In this document: piece by piece, positions 36,101 to 48,200 of the stretch
Layout: each line of letters begins with the position of its first letter
Numbering within the stretch: the first letter of the stretch is position 1
From: Chromera velia
Taxonomy: Eukaryota
Length of the DNA stretch: 59,591 bases
Direction: 5' to 3'
Assembly: GCA_018398765.1 (NCBI GenBank)
Contig: JAHBMJ010000003.1
Coordinates: 1-59,591, forward strand
The notes under the pieces: model-generated
The model's database searches: none
Seen by the model: only the letters and a program-made list of their open reading frames with translations
Told to the model about the DNA's origin: nothing
Program-made: the position numbers and the translations under genes

Positions 36101-39100
36101 CGTAGTGATGGGTGGCATCTCATGTAGGAAGGAGGACTCGTTCAACCTGACCACCCATGCATCCAAGGATGAAGAGAAGATCCCTCATGGGGAGGGGTCT
36201 CTCGGTAAGGTCCGCTTTGCAGACCAGCTTGGCCTCCCTTTGTGCTATGAGCCTGGAGCCAAGTACTCGCCCGACTACGATAAAACGACCTTCCCTGTGT
36301 GGCATGATGGGGCTATGGAGCGCCTGTCTACTTGAGATCCTGTTGGGACCTACACGGGGGTTGATGTATGGAGAGAAGGAGTCCGTGGAGCCTAGCAAAC
36401 GCTCTTGTCTGATGAGCCTGAACGGACAGGCTTGGAACACATGGGGTGGGCTATCTTCCCTGCAGGTTTAGAGACTTGCATAATGGTCATGCAAGCATTC
36501 CAGTCTGAGTTCACTGCGGGAGGAGTCTAGCGCATCAGGGACATGATGGAAAAGCATGACCCCCATCTCCCTGAGGTCATCTCTCGCACGCGGGGACCGG
36601 AGGACGAGACCACCATGGGTGCGGTACCCTCTCGTTTGAAGTCTGCTGTCTACACGGTCTCCTAGTACAAGAGTGAACTGATGAACGACCTGAGCAGGAC
36701 CCGGCGTCGGGCTGGATTTCTAGAAAAGTTCGAGGTCTACAAGGTTTCGGGAAATGCGAGATCCCAGATCCCCAAGCTCGTCGAGTATAGGGTCCTCAAG
36801 ATCCATATTGACTCCTGTACGTTCGGGAACCTCATCTCTTAGAGGAAGGTGAGGAGCCTTATCCATGCCTTTGGGGGGCCGGATATCCCGGAATGGATGG
36901 GTTTGTTCATGGGGGGCGTTGGGGAGGAGGGTGATGGGCCCCCAGACGGGGGGCTTCCCAGGAGGACGAGGCACCAGCACTATGAGTATCTTGTCACAGG
37001 ACAAGATTTCATTGAGTGGAAGGTGTGGTTGGAGATGCCCCTCCAGTCACGGGGACTGGGGGATGAAGCGGTGTTCTCCTGTCCTGCAGTTCTTGGCATC
37101 CGGTTCGGGTTTCACGACCCCTCCGGCGTTCCAAAGAACATAGTCGTCCCCTGCCTCCTCCACACGGTCGATCAGCCGAACCTCACCGACGTGTTGGTTT
37201 GCAATGCTCCTGGTGCAGGTCTCTTTGTCCCTCGCTCTTCTACGAAGGATATTCTCCCCGCCTACCACACGTGGACGGAGAGAACGAAGGAGGAGAAGCA
37301 GATCTCACATGGGGTAAGACTGTCTATGGATCTGATGTACCAGGAGGGGGTGCGACAGAGAATTCCACAGGTTGATGTTGAGGTCATGGACACCCCCTTC
37401 AAGGTGGGAACACCAAAGGCCTGCATCATCCACAAGCTCTGGGGAGATAGGCCGGATGGGTACGGCCTCAACCACCTCCTTTGAGCAGTGTACAACCGCA
37501 GCCCGCAATACAAGGCCGTTCCAAACGAGTCTTTTGAGCACTCCCTTGGGGGAGGTCCCCAAGGCGGTTCCTGCGGGTACCGGTTCCAGTCACTGCAGGA
37601 GGTGTGGGACCGGTAGAACAAGGCGTGGCAGCTGAAGCAGCAGAGAGATCCTCACGAGAGGATTCCCTGAACCCCTCTCCCTAATACGGAGAAGAAGAGG
37701 TCGGCCAAAAAGCACTTCAGAGCCTCACCCGACGGTATTGAGGTCCCTGTGGCTGCCTACCCAATCACGTAGTGGGTCGTGGGTAGATGGACTGCTTCGG
37801 AGCTGGCGGACACCGACCACTGTCAGCAAGGTCCCTTTCTCGCGATGAGAAAGTTTGATGCTGGTGGTGTTGACCACTTCAAACCATGGGACTACGGGTT
37901 CGAACGGATGCACTTGGCTGCCTTCTCGGCCGTCATGGTCGACCAGAAGCGTGAGGCGATGGCGCTACATGCGTACTACGGACACCAGAACTTCGACGAT
38001 CTCAAGGAGACTCTCGCAGCGGAGGGCATTGAGATCGATAAGGACTGTAGAAGGTGGGTTTCTGCGTGTCCCCTCTGTCAACTGAAGAACGCGATCACTT
38101 CAAGGATTCACAAAAGGAGTGAGCAGTTGTCTGCCGACTGGAGGCCAATCAAGGGAACGGTCTGGATCGTTGACATCTGGTTCTTCAAGGACCTTTTTGC
38201 AAAGGCCGAGACAGGGGGCTTCGGAATGATGGTGGTTCTCTACAAGCCAGGAGCCGGGTTCTCTCTGGCCCACCCAGTAAAAGAGAAAGATGAGGCTTCC
38301 CTCATCGACTGCGCACATTACTTTGCTCGCTGGCTGGGGCATCCGCACCTGGTGTATATGGACGGAGAGAAGGCGGGAGCGGGTGTCTCCTTTCAGTCAT
38401 GGCTCTGGGGGGATGGGTCCCCTGGACTGCACCCTATCGAGTACCGTCAGGGACCACCGTACGTGGGTAAGGGTCTGCAGGCTCTGGTTGAGCACTGCAT
38501 TCGCAGCAATCGGAAGGGAGTGGCCCTCCTCATATTAGACCTGAACCACCGTTTTCCCCTTGCTGTGATTCACCTCGTGGCGATGGAGGAACGTTGGAGG
38601 TATTCCTGCGCGTTTCATAGAACGGTGGGGGGCATCCCTTTTACCCTAACTTTTCGAAGAGCGCCTCCTGGATGAAGAGTGGGGGACACCGCGGTGGTGT
38701 CTATGCCCTCCCTGGGAATGGAGTTATGCAGAGTCATTGTGCAGTTCCTGGCTCCGCTCATGCACGATATTGTTGCGATCTTTCACAGGTACAAGGAGAA
38801 AAACGTTCAAGGGGAACGTTTTACCGTCCTGCAGGTCCACTCGGAATATCTGCAGACGGTCTCGGACAACCTCCGCCTCTGGGGGGGGCCTCGTTTTGAT
38901 CAAGAAGGAACCATCCTCCTGGCTCCGGCGGGCAGAGAACAGGAAGATCCTCGACTATGGAAAACTTCTGCAAGGCAAGAGGGGGGAACAGGCGCCCACT
39001 ACCGCAGACAGGCAGGGAGAAACGACCTCGGTCACAGGGGCCTGGATTCTCTCTAGTCCTTCCGAGCACATCTCCGGTGGGACGATACGAGGGGTTGCAG

Positions 39101-40465
39101 CGAGGGACACAGTGGCCGGAGAGGAAATTTTCTTTCTAGCTGGCTGATGAAGGCAAAAGTGTCGTGGGCTTGCGGGAAGCCCCTTGCCTCACTCACCTTT
39201 GTGAGGGCCATCAGGAGATTTCAAGTATGGAGGCGCAGGCGTCGGCTTCGCCATCGTCTTCATCTGCCCTCCCCTCTGTTCTGCCTCCCTCCCTCCCTCC
39301 CTCTGCTCCTGCAGAGCCCTCCGAACCCTCCCTTGCTCAGGCTGAGGCCTTGGTAAGGGAAGCGGGGGCGGCGGGCGGCCGACCATGGTCTCCCTCTCCT
39401 GCTGTGTCCAACAGGGTTTCCGTCGACTCTGGGGAGTCGCCGCAGCCGGATTTCTTTGTCCTGTTCCGCTCCTCTATGAAGGGGACCATTCTGGATCCGT
39501 CCAGCCCTGGGGTGCTGCGCACGTCTGGTACGGTGCGGCAGCATACTCGTGCTCCTTCGTGGGGAAGGAGGGTGAAGGATCCAGGCCCCGTCTTTTTCAA
39601 CAAGAAGGTGAAACGTCTCCTGGGGGCTGACGGGGAGCCCCTGGGATACAATTGGAAAGTGAAGCGGCCGGTGTTCATGACGTACCACCGGGGGGTGTAT
39701 GACGCTTAGACTCGTTGGTTCGCGCTCATACTCCACCCCGACTTGGGGAAGATTACTCAGGGAGAGGTCTTTGACACCCTTAAGAACTACTTGGCTCCAC
39801 GACTGACGACAGGAGTCAAGGGGGACTCATGGAGAAGTGGGAGTGCAACAAAAACGCAGGATGAAATCCAGAAAGCACGTGGGGTGTTCGCTGGAGACAT
39901 GGGATTCGATCTTGAGGAGGACAGCCTCAAGAAGATCATGTCACAGAACCAGGGCGTCTATCTGCACTCGCCTCCACAGCTCCGTCGGATCGAGATCCCA
40001 GAGGGGTGGACCACTTCGATGAATCTCTGAGTCTCCATTGCTCCCGCTGCAGCTAGGGGTAAGCATAGGGGGCGATACTACATGCACAGGGCGCTCAAGT
40101 ACTTGGACAGGCCCAAGCAGGAGTGGATCGAGGCAGATAAGGAATTGAGGGAGACAGACGGTCTGTCTCAGATTGAGCCCCCGGGAGCCGAGTATGCCTA
40201 CTGGAGCCCTCTGGAGGGGAAGTTCTGGACAGTCGGGCTGTCTATGGCTGTCGGCTTTTCCGAGAAGTACTACAGGTACAAGCGGATCGACTTCCAGAAC
40301 TATGTTCTTCCGAGCTCATACGACCCGGATCCGGTGGCTGCAAGTATCCGGGCATACACAGAAGGAGGAGATCGGATGATGGAACACTTTTGGGACGTGT
40401 TCCAGGGGACAGAAAGCAACGAAGATGAGAAGGCATGGTGCCTCGTGTGTGAGATGTGCTACTAG

Positions 40466-40615
<150 letters not shown>

Positions 40616-43600
40616 TAGGAGGAGCTTTCGGATGTGTCAGTGGCAAAGACAGGCAGAGAGAAAAGGGGAGGGGAAGGGTCCCCTCGCGCTCATTTGTCGG
40701 GTGCAGAGGATAAGGAGACTGAGGAAGACACCTTCGCTTCTAAGTCTCTCCTGTGGAGCAGATCGAGCGGGTCAGACAGAGATAATGGAGATGACGGGGG
40801 AAATCCTCCTGATGGAGATGGAGGCCACGGGGACCCTCCCCCAGACGATTCTCCACACGACCCACCTCCAGGGGGTTATTCTGGAGGAGACTGGGGCGGT
40901 GGAACAGATGATGATGGAGGTGGAGATGGTGGGGGGGACGTTCCTCCCGGATCTGCCCAAGCTCTACATCATGGCCTCTCCGTTGAGAAGAGGGCCCACC
41001 TCTGTCTATTTGCTCACAGACGACCGCGGAGATCGTCTGGGAGAAGGAATGTCTCCGGACATGACGGAGACGATGAAAGAGGGACAGAGTCTTCTGCCGA
41101 GAGGGGTAGAGGGGACGAGTCGGAACCGGAGGAAAGGCCAATTGACCCTTCTGCGCACCCGGGGGGCGCAGATAGGTCCCGATCCGCCCAAGGAACTCCC
41201 ATCCGAGAGAGGGGAGTTTTGGGTCCAGCTGCGATGGAGTTCTTCTCATACGACCGTCAGCCGATGGAGGCCTACCCCGTAAAGGGGGCAATTGTCCAGA
41301 GGGACAACCGGAGAAAGCTTGTAGCCCTCCACTCAAAGGAGCGTAGGAGCTACGGATGGGCAGACCTCGCACCCGATCTTTCGGTAAGGGACCCCCTTGC
41401 TTTCAAGGTCAAGGAAATCAGGGACGGGAGAGTGAAGCAGTCATCCATCAAGCACGTATTCAATATTCGGGGAGGGAAAGTCCCCGAAGAGGCTGTGCGC
41501 ATAATTAATGACCCCGTCCAGCTCCGCGAAGTTGGAGTTTAGAAACTTCCAGAGGAAGAAAGGGTAGGGGGTGTAAAGGGCTCTGCAGACGCGGTATCTG
41601 CAGATCCCTCCGCATCGTCGTCTTCCTCTGCTGTGCCTTCCTCTTCTGCTGTCCCTGCTGTGCCTCCTGTCAAGGGGGAGTCACGTATTGTCCCCGAGGC
41701 TGCTGAGTCTCAACCTGTTGTTCCTTTGAACGCAGGCGGAGAGGAGCACCAAGCGGAGGATCATGGGGGTCTTCTTGCTACTGAAGGAGCATCTAATAAA
41801 GGGAATAAGGTTGTGGCAGTTGAGCCACTGGGCCTTATTATGGAGAATGTGGAGACAGATGAGGAGCTTCCATCTCTGGTAGCATCTACGGACGTGGATG
41901 GGTATGCCTTGGATGCCAGCTTGTCAACGTTTGAGGCAAGCAGCCTGGGCTTCGGGAGCGACAGCAGCTCCTTGGATGAAGAGTGGGGTGTCCTGGGGGG
42001 TCAGAAACTTCCCAGGGCAGGAGAAGGACCCACCTTGAGGCAGAACCGGCCCAAGGAGGAGGTTGAGGAGATGAACAAGGTGGATGAGGTTTTGTAGGGC
42101 CCGCAGTGGGAGCGGTTCAACACCCTCTGTGCGATGGAGGTTTTGAGGGAGGAGCGAGCAAGGAGAGTGCCCGAGGTGATGGGGAGGAACTGGAATGATG
42201 ATTTCCGGGAGGAAAGAGGCATTTCGTCGTTCGCTGGGGTGATGGTGTGAGAGAGGGAAGAGGGCAATCCCAGATGGGCTGGGACGCCCAGGAGCCCCAC
42301 CAAGAGTAGGTGGTGCGGTCTTCCTCACCTGTCTTACCTTTCCTTCAGGAACCCTCGGTCAGGGTTCCTGTTCACGGGAGCAGCCGTGTACGAGGAGGAG
42401 ATGAGCCGTTTCAAGAAGGGCTCTACCCAGCTCCCCACCACAAAGGAGGAGATCGACTCGGAGTCTCACACGCTTGTGGCCCTAAAGGAGTGGCTGGTGA
42501 ACATTGTAGGAAATCGGATGCTTGGAAAGAGAATGAAAAGGAACGAGGTTCGGGCGGTTGTCGGCATGGGCTGGCGGTGCACTTGGAAAGAGATGGACGA
42601 TAGGGGCCGGAAGCCTAAGGCGAGGTTTTTTGCAAAAAGTTTCCTGGATGGCCGACTCGTTGACACCTACGTCGGAACGCCTTCCGTCGCGGGGATCAAC
42701 ACCGCCTACCTTTTCATTGTGTCCACAGGAATGGAGATGGGGGCAGCGGATGTGACCGCTGCCTTCTTGACCTCCAAGAACCATAACGCTGAAAGGCTTG
42801 TGCCTTTAAAAGTGGACTTTTGCCCTCAAGTCGGACTTTTAAAAATATGATTCATACTATAAAAGTTTTTTTTGTATCTTGACCTAGATCTTGACTGATT
42901 TTGAATGGTTAAAACTATAATAAACTATAAGAGATTTAATATTCAAAAAAGTTTTTATGTGTAAAAAAAATTTAAAATAAAAATGTATGGAGTTAAAACC
43001 TGCAGCATGTTATAGAAAAGTAATAGTCAAATTAAATTTCTCTAAGTTTGAGTCGTTTGTTTGATCTAAAACCTAATTAAAAGGTACCGAGATTCTTAGT
43101 TTTTTTTTTGTTATTTCATGATTATCCTTACTAAGGCTTATTTACCCTTACTTATAGCCAACACAGTTATGTGCAATAAAAATCTATGATCGATCAAGAA
43201 ATAAAAAAAAAAAAAAGGATCAAAGGAAATCAAAAGAAAACACCAAACACTTACAGAAGCGGTGAGACTAAAGAAAGTCTAAAGAAAGTGTATAAAACCA
43301 TAAGCCAATCCGCGAAGTGTACCTAAGGATGTGTATGGTGCCGGGCAAGTTGCACATACATTGCATGGGAGGAGGGCGCGCGCGCGGCGTGTATTAATGC
43401 ATTGTCAAGCCCCCGGCCCGCAGGGCGCTGTGCACGTGATTTTGGCCCCGGCTGCATGCATAACCTGTGGTGGGGCATGCCGGGGCCCTCGACAGCCGGA
43501 AAAGCTGATTTTGCTCAAATTCAACAAATAAGATTCTGAAATCGGCTTTCTATATATATTATATCGATATATGGCATCCCAGCTACTGGAAAAAGAGTAC

Positions 43601-43929
43601 TTCATCAATAGCGTATGAGTCATTTCAATGATTTAGTTCCATGCTGAGCGCTCCTGGAGAGCTTCTGGGTGGGTGAGGAGCACTTTGGTTCGGAAATTGA
43701 GGCTTGGACTGACGGGCTCGAGGATGCTCGAGGACCAGGCTCGAGGAGATCATGGAAATGCTTCCACGTACGTGTAGGAGGCCGACCTGAGCAACACCAG
43801 GAGAAAGGGGGCTAGGAGGCCTCTATCAACTGAGATTTAACTCAAGCAAGTCCATTTGATACGGAAAGATAGCTCTTGATGAGAGGAATCACGACAATGG
43901 TTTTGTATTATACATACATATGAATAATT

Positions 43930-44300
43930 TCAACCCATGCATGACAGGCCAACACATGCCAACACAGCATCCCCTGAGTCGTCTAAGGAAGCAAGAATCA
44001 AGCTTTGGGGTTCCAAAGAAGCAACTTATGAATTGCTGGAAGCCTGTTTTCTTATACGGTCTGTGTGACGATTTCGAAATTTTTACCGAGGAAGGGCCGA
44101 TCTCGGTAAAAATGGATAAACCCATGACAGACTGACACATGCCGACACAGTGTCCCCTGGGTCGTCTAAGAAAGCAAGAATCGAGCTTTGGGGTTCTAAA
44201 GAAGCAAATTATGAATTGCTGGAAGCCTGTTTTCTTATACGGTCTGTGTGACGATTTCGAAATTTTTACCGAGGAAGGGCTGATCTCGGTAAAAATGGGT
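43930..44300. repeat. Two ~185-bp direct repeats, each ending in the palindrome ATTTTTACCGAG-N-CTCGGTAAAAAT
   Basis: Direct alignment; a partial inverted copy follows at ~44312-44366. Confidence 0.85.
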
Positions 44301-44642
44301 CTGTCCATATCTTGACCCAGATCAGCCCCTTCCTGGTAGAATTTTTGAAATTATCATAGAGACAGGCTAACTTGGCAGGCATCCAGAGTTTCTGTATTCA
44401 CTTTTCATGCACTTTGTGTTCCGTTCCTTGCCTCCTCAGTCTGTCCAGGAGACCCATGTTGTGGGATCTCTCTTTGGTCAATCTGATTCTCATGCAGATA
44501 CTTGCATGTGATGTTGCGTGCAGGTACGTCTTCAATTATGCTTCAAGTACTTGGACAATCGTAGGAGCCTCAAGCAGAAGTCCAGCGATGGTCAGTCTTG
44601 CTTCAGTGAGTCTTGGTTAAATTCCTTGATCTTAGTCAGCCG

Positions 44643-44902
44643 TGGGTAAAACTGCAGATGGGTTTGGGGGGGGGGGCGCATTTTTACCGAAAACGGCCCC
44701 TCAGGCTGCTCGGTAAAAATGCACCCTCCCTACTCCCACTTTGAAATTTTTCTGTATCTAATGTGTGTCAAGAAGTTGTTCTCTGTCCTTTTCTCTGCTG
44801 CTTTGTATGCACCACCCCCCCCAGCTCCCTGCATTTTTACCGAGAAGGGGCTGTTGTCGGTAAAAATGCGCCCCCCCTCAGACCCCCCTGTATTTTTACC
44901 CA
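44643..44902. repeat. ~260-bp inverted-repeat (MITE-like) module built from the same TTTTTACCGA/TCGGTAAAAA motif
   Basis: TGGGTAAAA..CAG..GGGT.TG(G)nGCGCATTTTTACCGA is mirrored at the right end. Confidence 0.65.
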
Positions 44903-45209
44903 GATCGCGTACTTTTCTCTGCTTTTACACCCCTGCTCTCCTTTCTTTTTATTGCAGTCCACCCTGTTTGACAGTGTTGTTTCTGTGTCGTGGTGGTGTT
45001 CTCTACCGCTGCTAAGTAGAGGTCTGAACTGTCAGAAAGGAACCTCTCTTGTCCGAGCCTCAGCATAGCTATATCTGTGTCTACCTCTCCTTCCCTCTCC
45101 CTCCCCCTCTCCCCCCCCCCCCCCCCTCTCTTTCTCTCTCTCCCTCTCTCCCTCTTTTCTCTCCTCGTACCTTTTTCTATGAGTTCTTCATCCATTCTTT
45201 CTGTCACGT

Positions 45210-45254
<45 letters not shown>

Positions 45255-48200
45255 ATGTGTGTGTGTGTGTGGGTGGGTATATGTGTGTACATCCATGACC
45301 ATACGTGTCCATGTGTGTCTTTGTCTGTGTCAATATACGCCGGTGTCCACAAGCTGACGCAAGCATGTTTGGTTATGTGTATACATCATTGTCTGTTTGA
45401 CTTCTTTCTCCTCTTTTTCCCTCCCCTTCTCTCCCTATATCTCTCTCTATCTGTCCCTCCGTCTCTGCTCTGACATCGACTCGGAGTCCTCTCAGCACCT
45501 CCCTTTCCGCCTCCTCCCGGTATTTCCCCTTCCTCCCTGTTTCATCTTCGCTTTCTCTTTTATTTTTCTCCATTTATCTCTCCTTTAAATTGTCTCAATC
45601 CTGTGTACGTTTGCTCCGTTTTTCCTTCTCTCAATCCCGTCATGCAGACTCTCGACTGCGACTTCCTCTTTGGACTCGCTTCTCTCCTCCCTATAGTGAC
45701 TATCCCCTCCTCTTTTTGTATCCCCAAAGCTCCCTAGCTAAGCTCTTTTTACCTGCTCTCCTCCCCCCTTCTTTTTTTCTTCTCTCTCGGAGTCTTTTTT
45801 CTGTCTCTTTCTTCTCTTTTTGACTTCTCACTGGAGGAAATCCTCCGCTGAAATCATGCACCTTTCTTTTTTCTCTGTTGCCATGTGAATTACTCTTTCC
45901 TTTCCAATCGCTATGCCATTGGTTTAAACCGCATGAATCTTGTGTGATGGTATGTATGTAGCTGCATTCCTTCCTGATTTGAAAGTTGCAGATCGATAAG
46001 CAACGATCTGCGCCAATGGGATTCGCTTTAGATGCAACCCCCAGCCTGGGGTGTCATTTTTGCTTGAAGTTCACGTGTTTCCATGCATATGCATATAAAT
46101 GACAGCTAAACTGTGCCGAAACATTCAACTTTGAAACACTTGTGTTAGCTGCTGGGTTCGGCGCGCGTGTGCTATAGAGCTGGGTGTGCGTAAACTGTTT
46201 TGAAGTTAGATCCCAGGCCGGCTTCTTTTTAAAAAATTTAGTGACATGCATTTATAAAAAATAATTCAAAAATTTAATTTGTTTAGCACTTAAAACGCAG
46301 ATCTGAGTTAGATGATAGTGCTCTAGGGCACCACTAATCACTAATCACTAATCATCTGATAAAGCAGTTTTCTAGTTTTTTATTACTAATTAATAGACTA
46401 TTAAATATTTTGTAAAAAAAATGTTTATAATTCACTTTTAAACCACTGTAAACCACTCAGTCCAGATAAACTAGATTTCAAAGGAATTCAAAATTGCATA
46501 ACAGTGTATTAGTTTCTACAAAATGTGCTATATTGTATATGACTGATATAGTTATATTATATATTTTTTGTAAATAATTAGTTGATGAATAAATAATGTA
46601 TGATCATCTCTTTCATTCTCAATTATAGGGTATTAGGTGGAAAATTTCAAATTTAGGCTAGAATTTAGGCTTTTTTGAATGAGTTAAGATAAAAGTCCGA
46701 CTTGAGGGCAAAAGTCCATTTTTAAAGGCACAAGCCTTGAACGGGTCGGCGCGACACTGCCCTCAGTGTTGCTTCGAGTTCCTGAGGAGAACCCCTTCAA
46801 GGACATCCCTGACAACAAGTACGAGGAGCTGAAGAGGATGGCGGCCGAGTACGAGCCCGGGGGCACGTACTTGGTGGAGATGGGCCTCTACAGACTGCCC
46901 TGTGCAGCCCAGCTTTTCAACTATAAGTTGGAGGGTGTGTGTAAAGAGTTAGGGTTCAGGCGTGTGGATACAGCCATCGCAGTCAAGTCTCCCCCTGAAA
47001 GAGGGAGAGCCCAAGCTATTGTCATGAATTGGATAGATGATTTGCTGACTGGAGCCCCTTCGAAGGAGCATAAGATCCTTCAGGAGACCCTCAACAAGAG
47101 GTTGGGCTTTAGGTCCGTGTGTGTGATTGGGGAGGGATCAGAGAGGAAGTTTTCTAGAGTGGACATCTCCAGAGTCTCCACAGAGGAGATTCACCTCTCC
47201 CAGGTCTCATACCTCGAGAATACAGACACCGCTCCTCTATGGGAGATTTTGAAGGAGAAGCATCCGAGCAAACCCTGGAAGGGTTTGGACGGCAAGAGTG
47301 CTGAGCCCTCCACTAAGGAGGAGCTCGACACCTAGTATGAGAAGCCGATCCGTGCTGGAGTCAAGACCCTACAGTGGAGGGTGCGGATGAATCCGCTCCG
47401 TACGGTGTGGGGCCACACGGTAGCGCAGTCGATCTTGAAGCCTTCCAGACGTGTCTTCAAGACGGTCGTGTGCATCATCAAGATGCTGAAGGGGCACCCT
47501 GGCAAGCGGGTTTTCACAAGCGTGGGGCTTGTGCCTGTCGTGCATGCATACTTCGACGCAGCGTTCAAGTTTGCGACTTACACTGCACGGTTGGGTTATA
47601 TTGTCAGGATCCTGCACTCGATCGAGCTACGAGGAGACCTGCGGTCCCTCTTGGAGAACTGGATTGCGTGGGCCACCAAAAGGGCAGGAAGGAAGGTCGG
47701 GTCTTCTACTCCCAGGGAGGTGCTCGCCTTTGAGTTTCTTCTCAAGAAGCTTTTCGGCATCGTTGCCCTCGTTAAGGCAATGTGGGGCCTCAAGAAGGTC
47801 CGTGTGATCGTCTATACGGACTCCGGCCCCCTCCACGACCAGTTCCAGTCTGGCAAGGCTCAGACCGATGCGACCATGCAGGGCGTTTTGGAGTAGTGCA
47901 TTAAGGAGATGCGTGTCCTTGGGGCAGATCTCCAGTGGATTGCACGAGCGAGGAATGTGGTGAACGTGATGACCAAGTATACCCTCCCCGGTGGGGAGAT
48001 GGCGTGAATCCGACGGCGTGGAACTTCTGAAGGGGAAGGGTGCGGGGCCTTTTCTTTCTTTCTTTTGTGTCCTGTTTCTGTTATCTGCTCTTTCTCTTCT
48101 ATCATCCCTTTGCAGGTAGATGTGTACAGGGTTTTATTTTTTACTTAGGGTGGGGACGACTGGGGTTTGGGTACGCCAGGCTTGAAAGGGAATTAGATAG

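Larger units (their letters stand above)
42794..46737. mobile_element. Non-autonomous TIR DNA transposon (3,944 bp) with a 4-bp TSD TGAA (Kolobok/piggyBac/Sola-type TSD length) inside the copia RT
   Basis: 48-bp TIR AGGCTTGTGCCTTTAAAARTGGACTTTTGCCCTCAAGTCGGACTTTTA with one mismatch; TGAA at 42790-93 and 46738-41; excision restores the RT frame (NHNAE-RVGATLP). Confidence 0.92.

Noticed and set aside
39060..39147. SET-domain-like motif GVAARDTVAGEEIFF in the copia insert
   Set aside because: It resembles A.RDI..GEEL but lacks the preceding NHSCxPN and the following Y; too short to call.
47029..47043. WIDD instead of YxDD as a novel RT active site
   Set aside because: W-x-DD variants are already known among copia RTs; noted only as a lineage marker.
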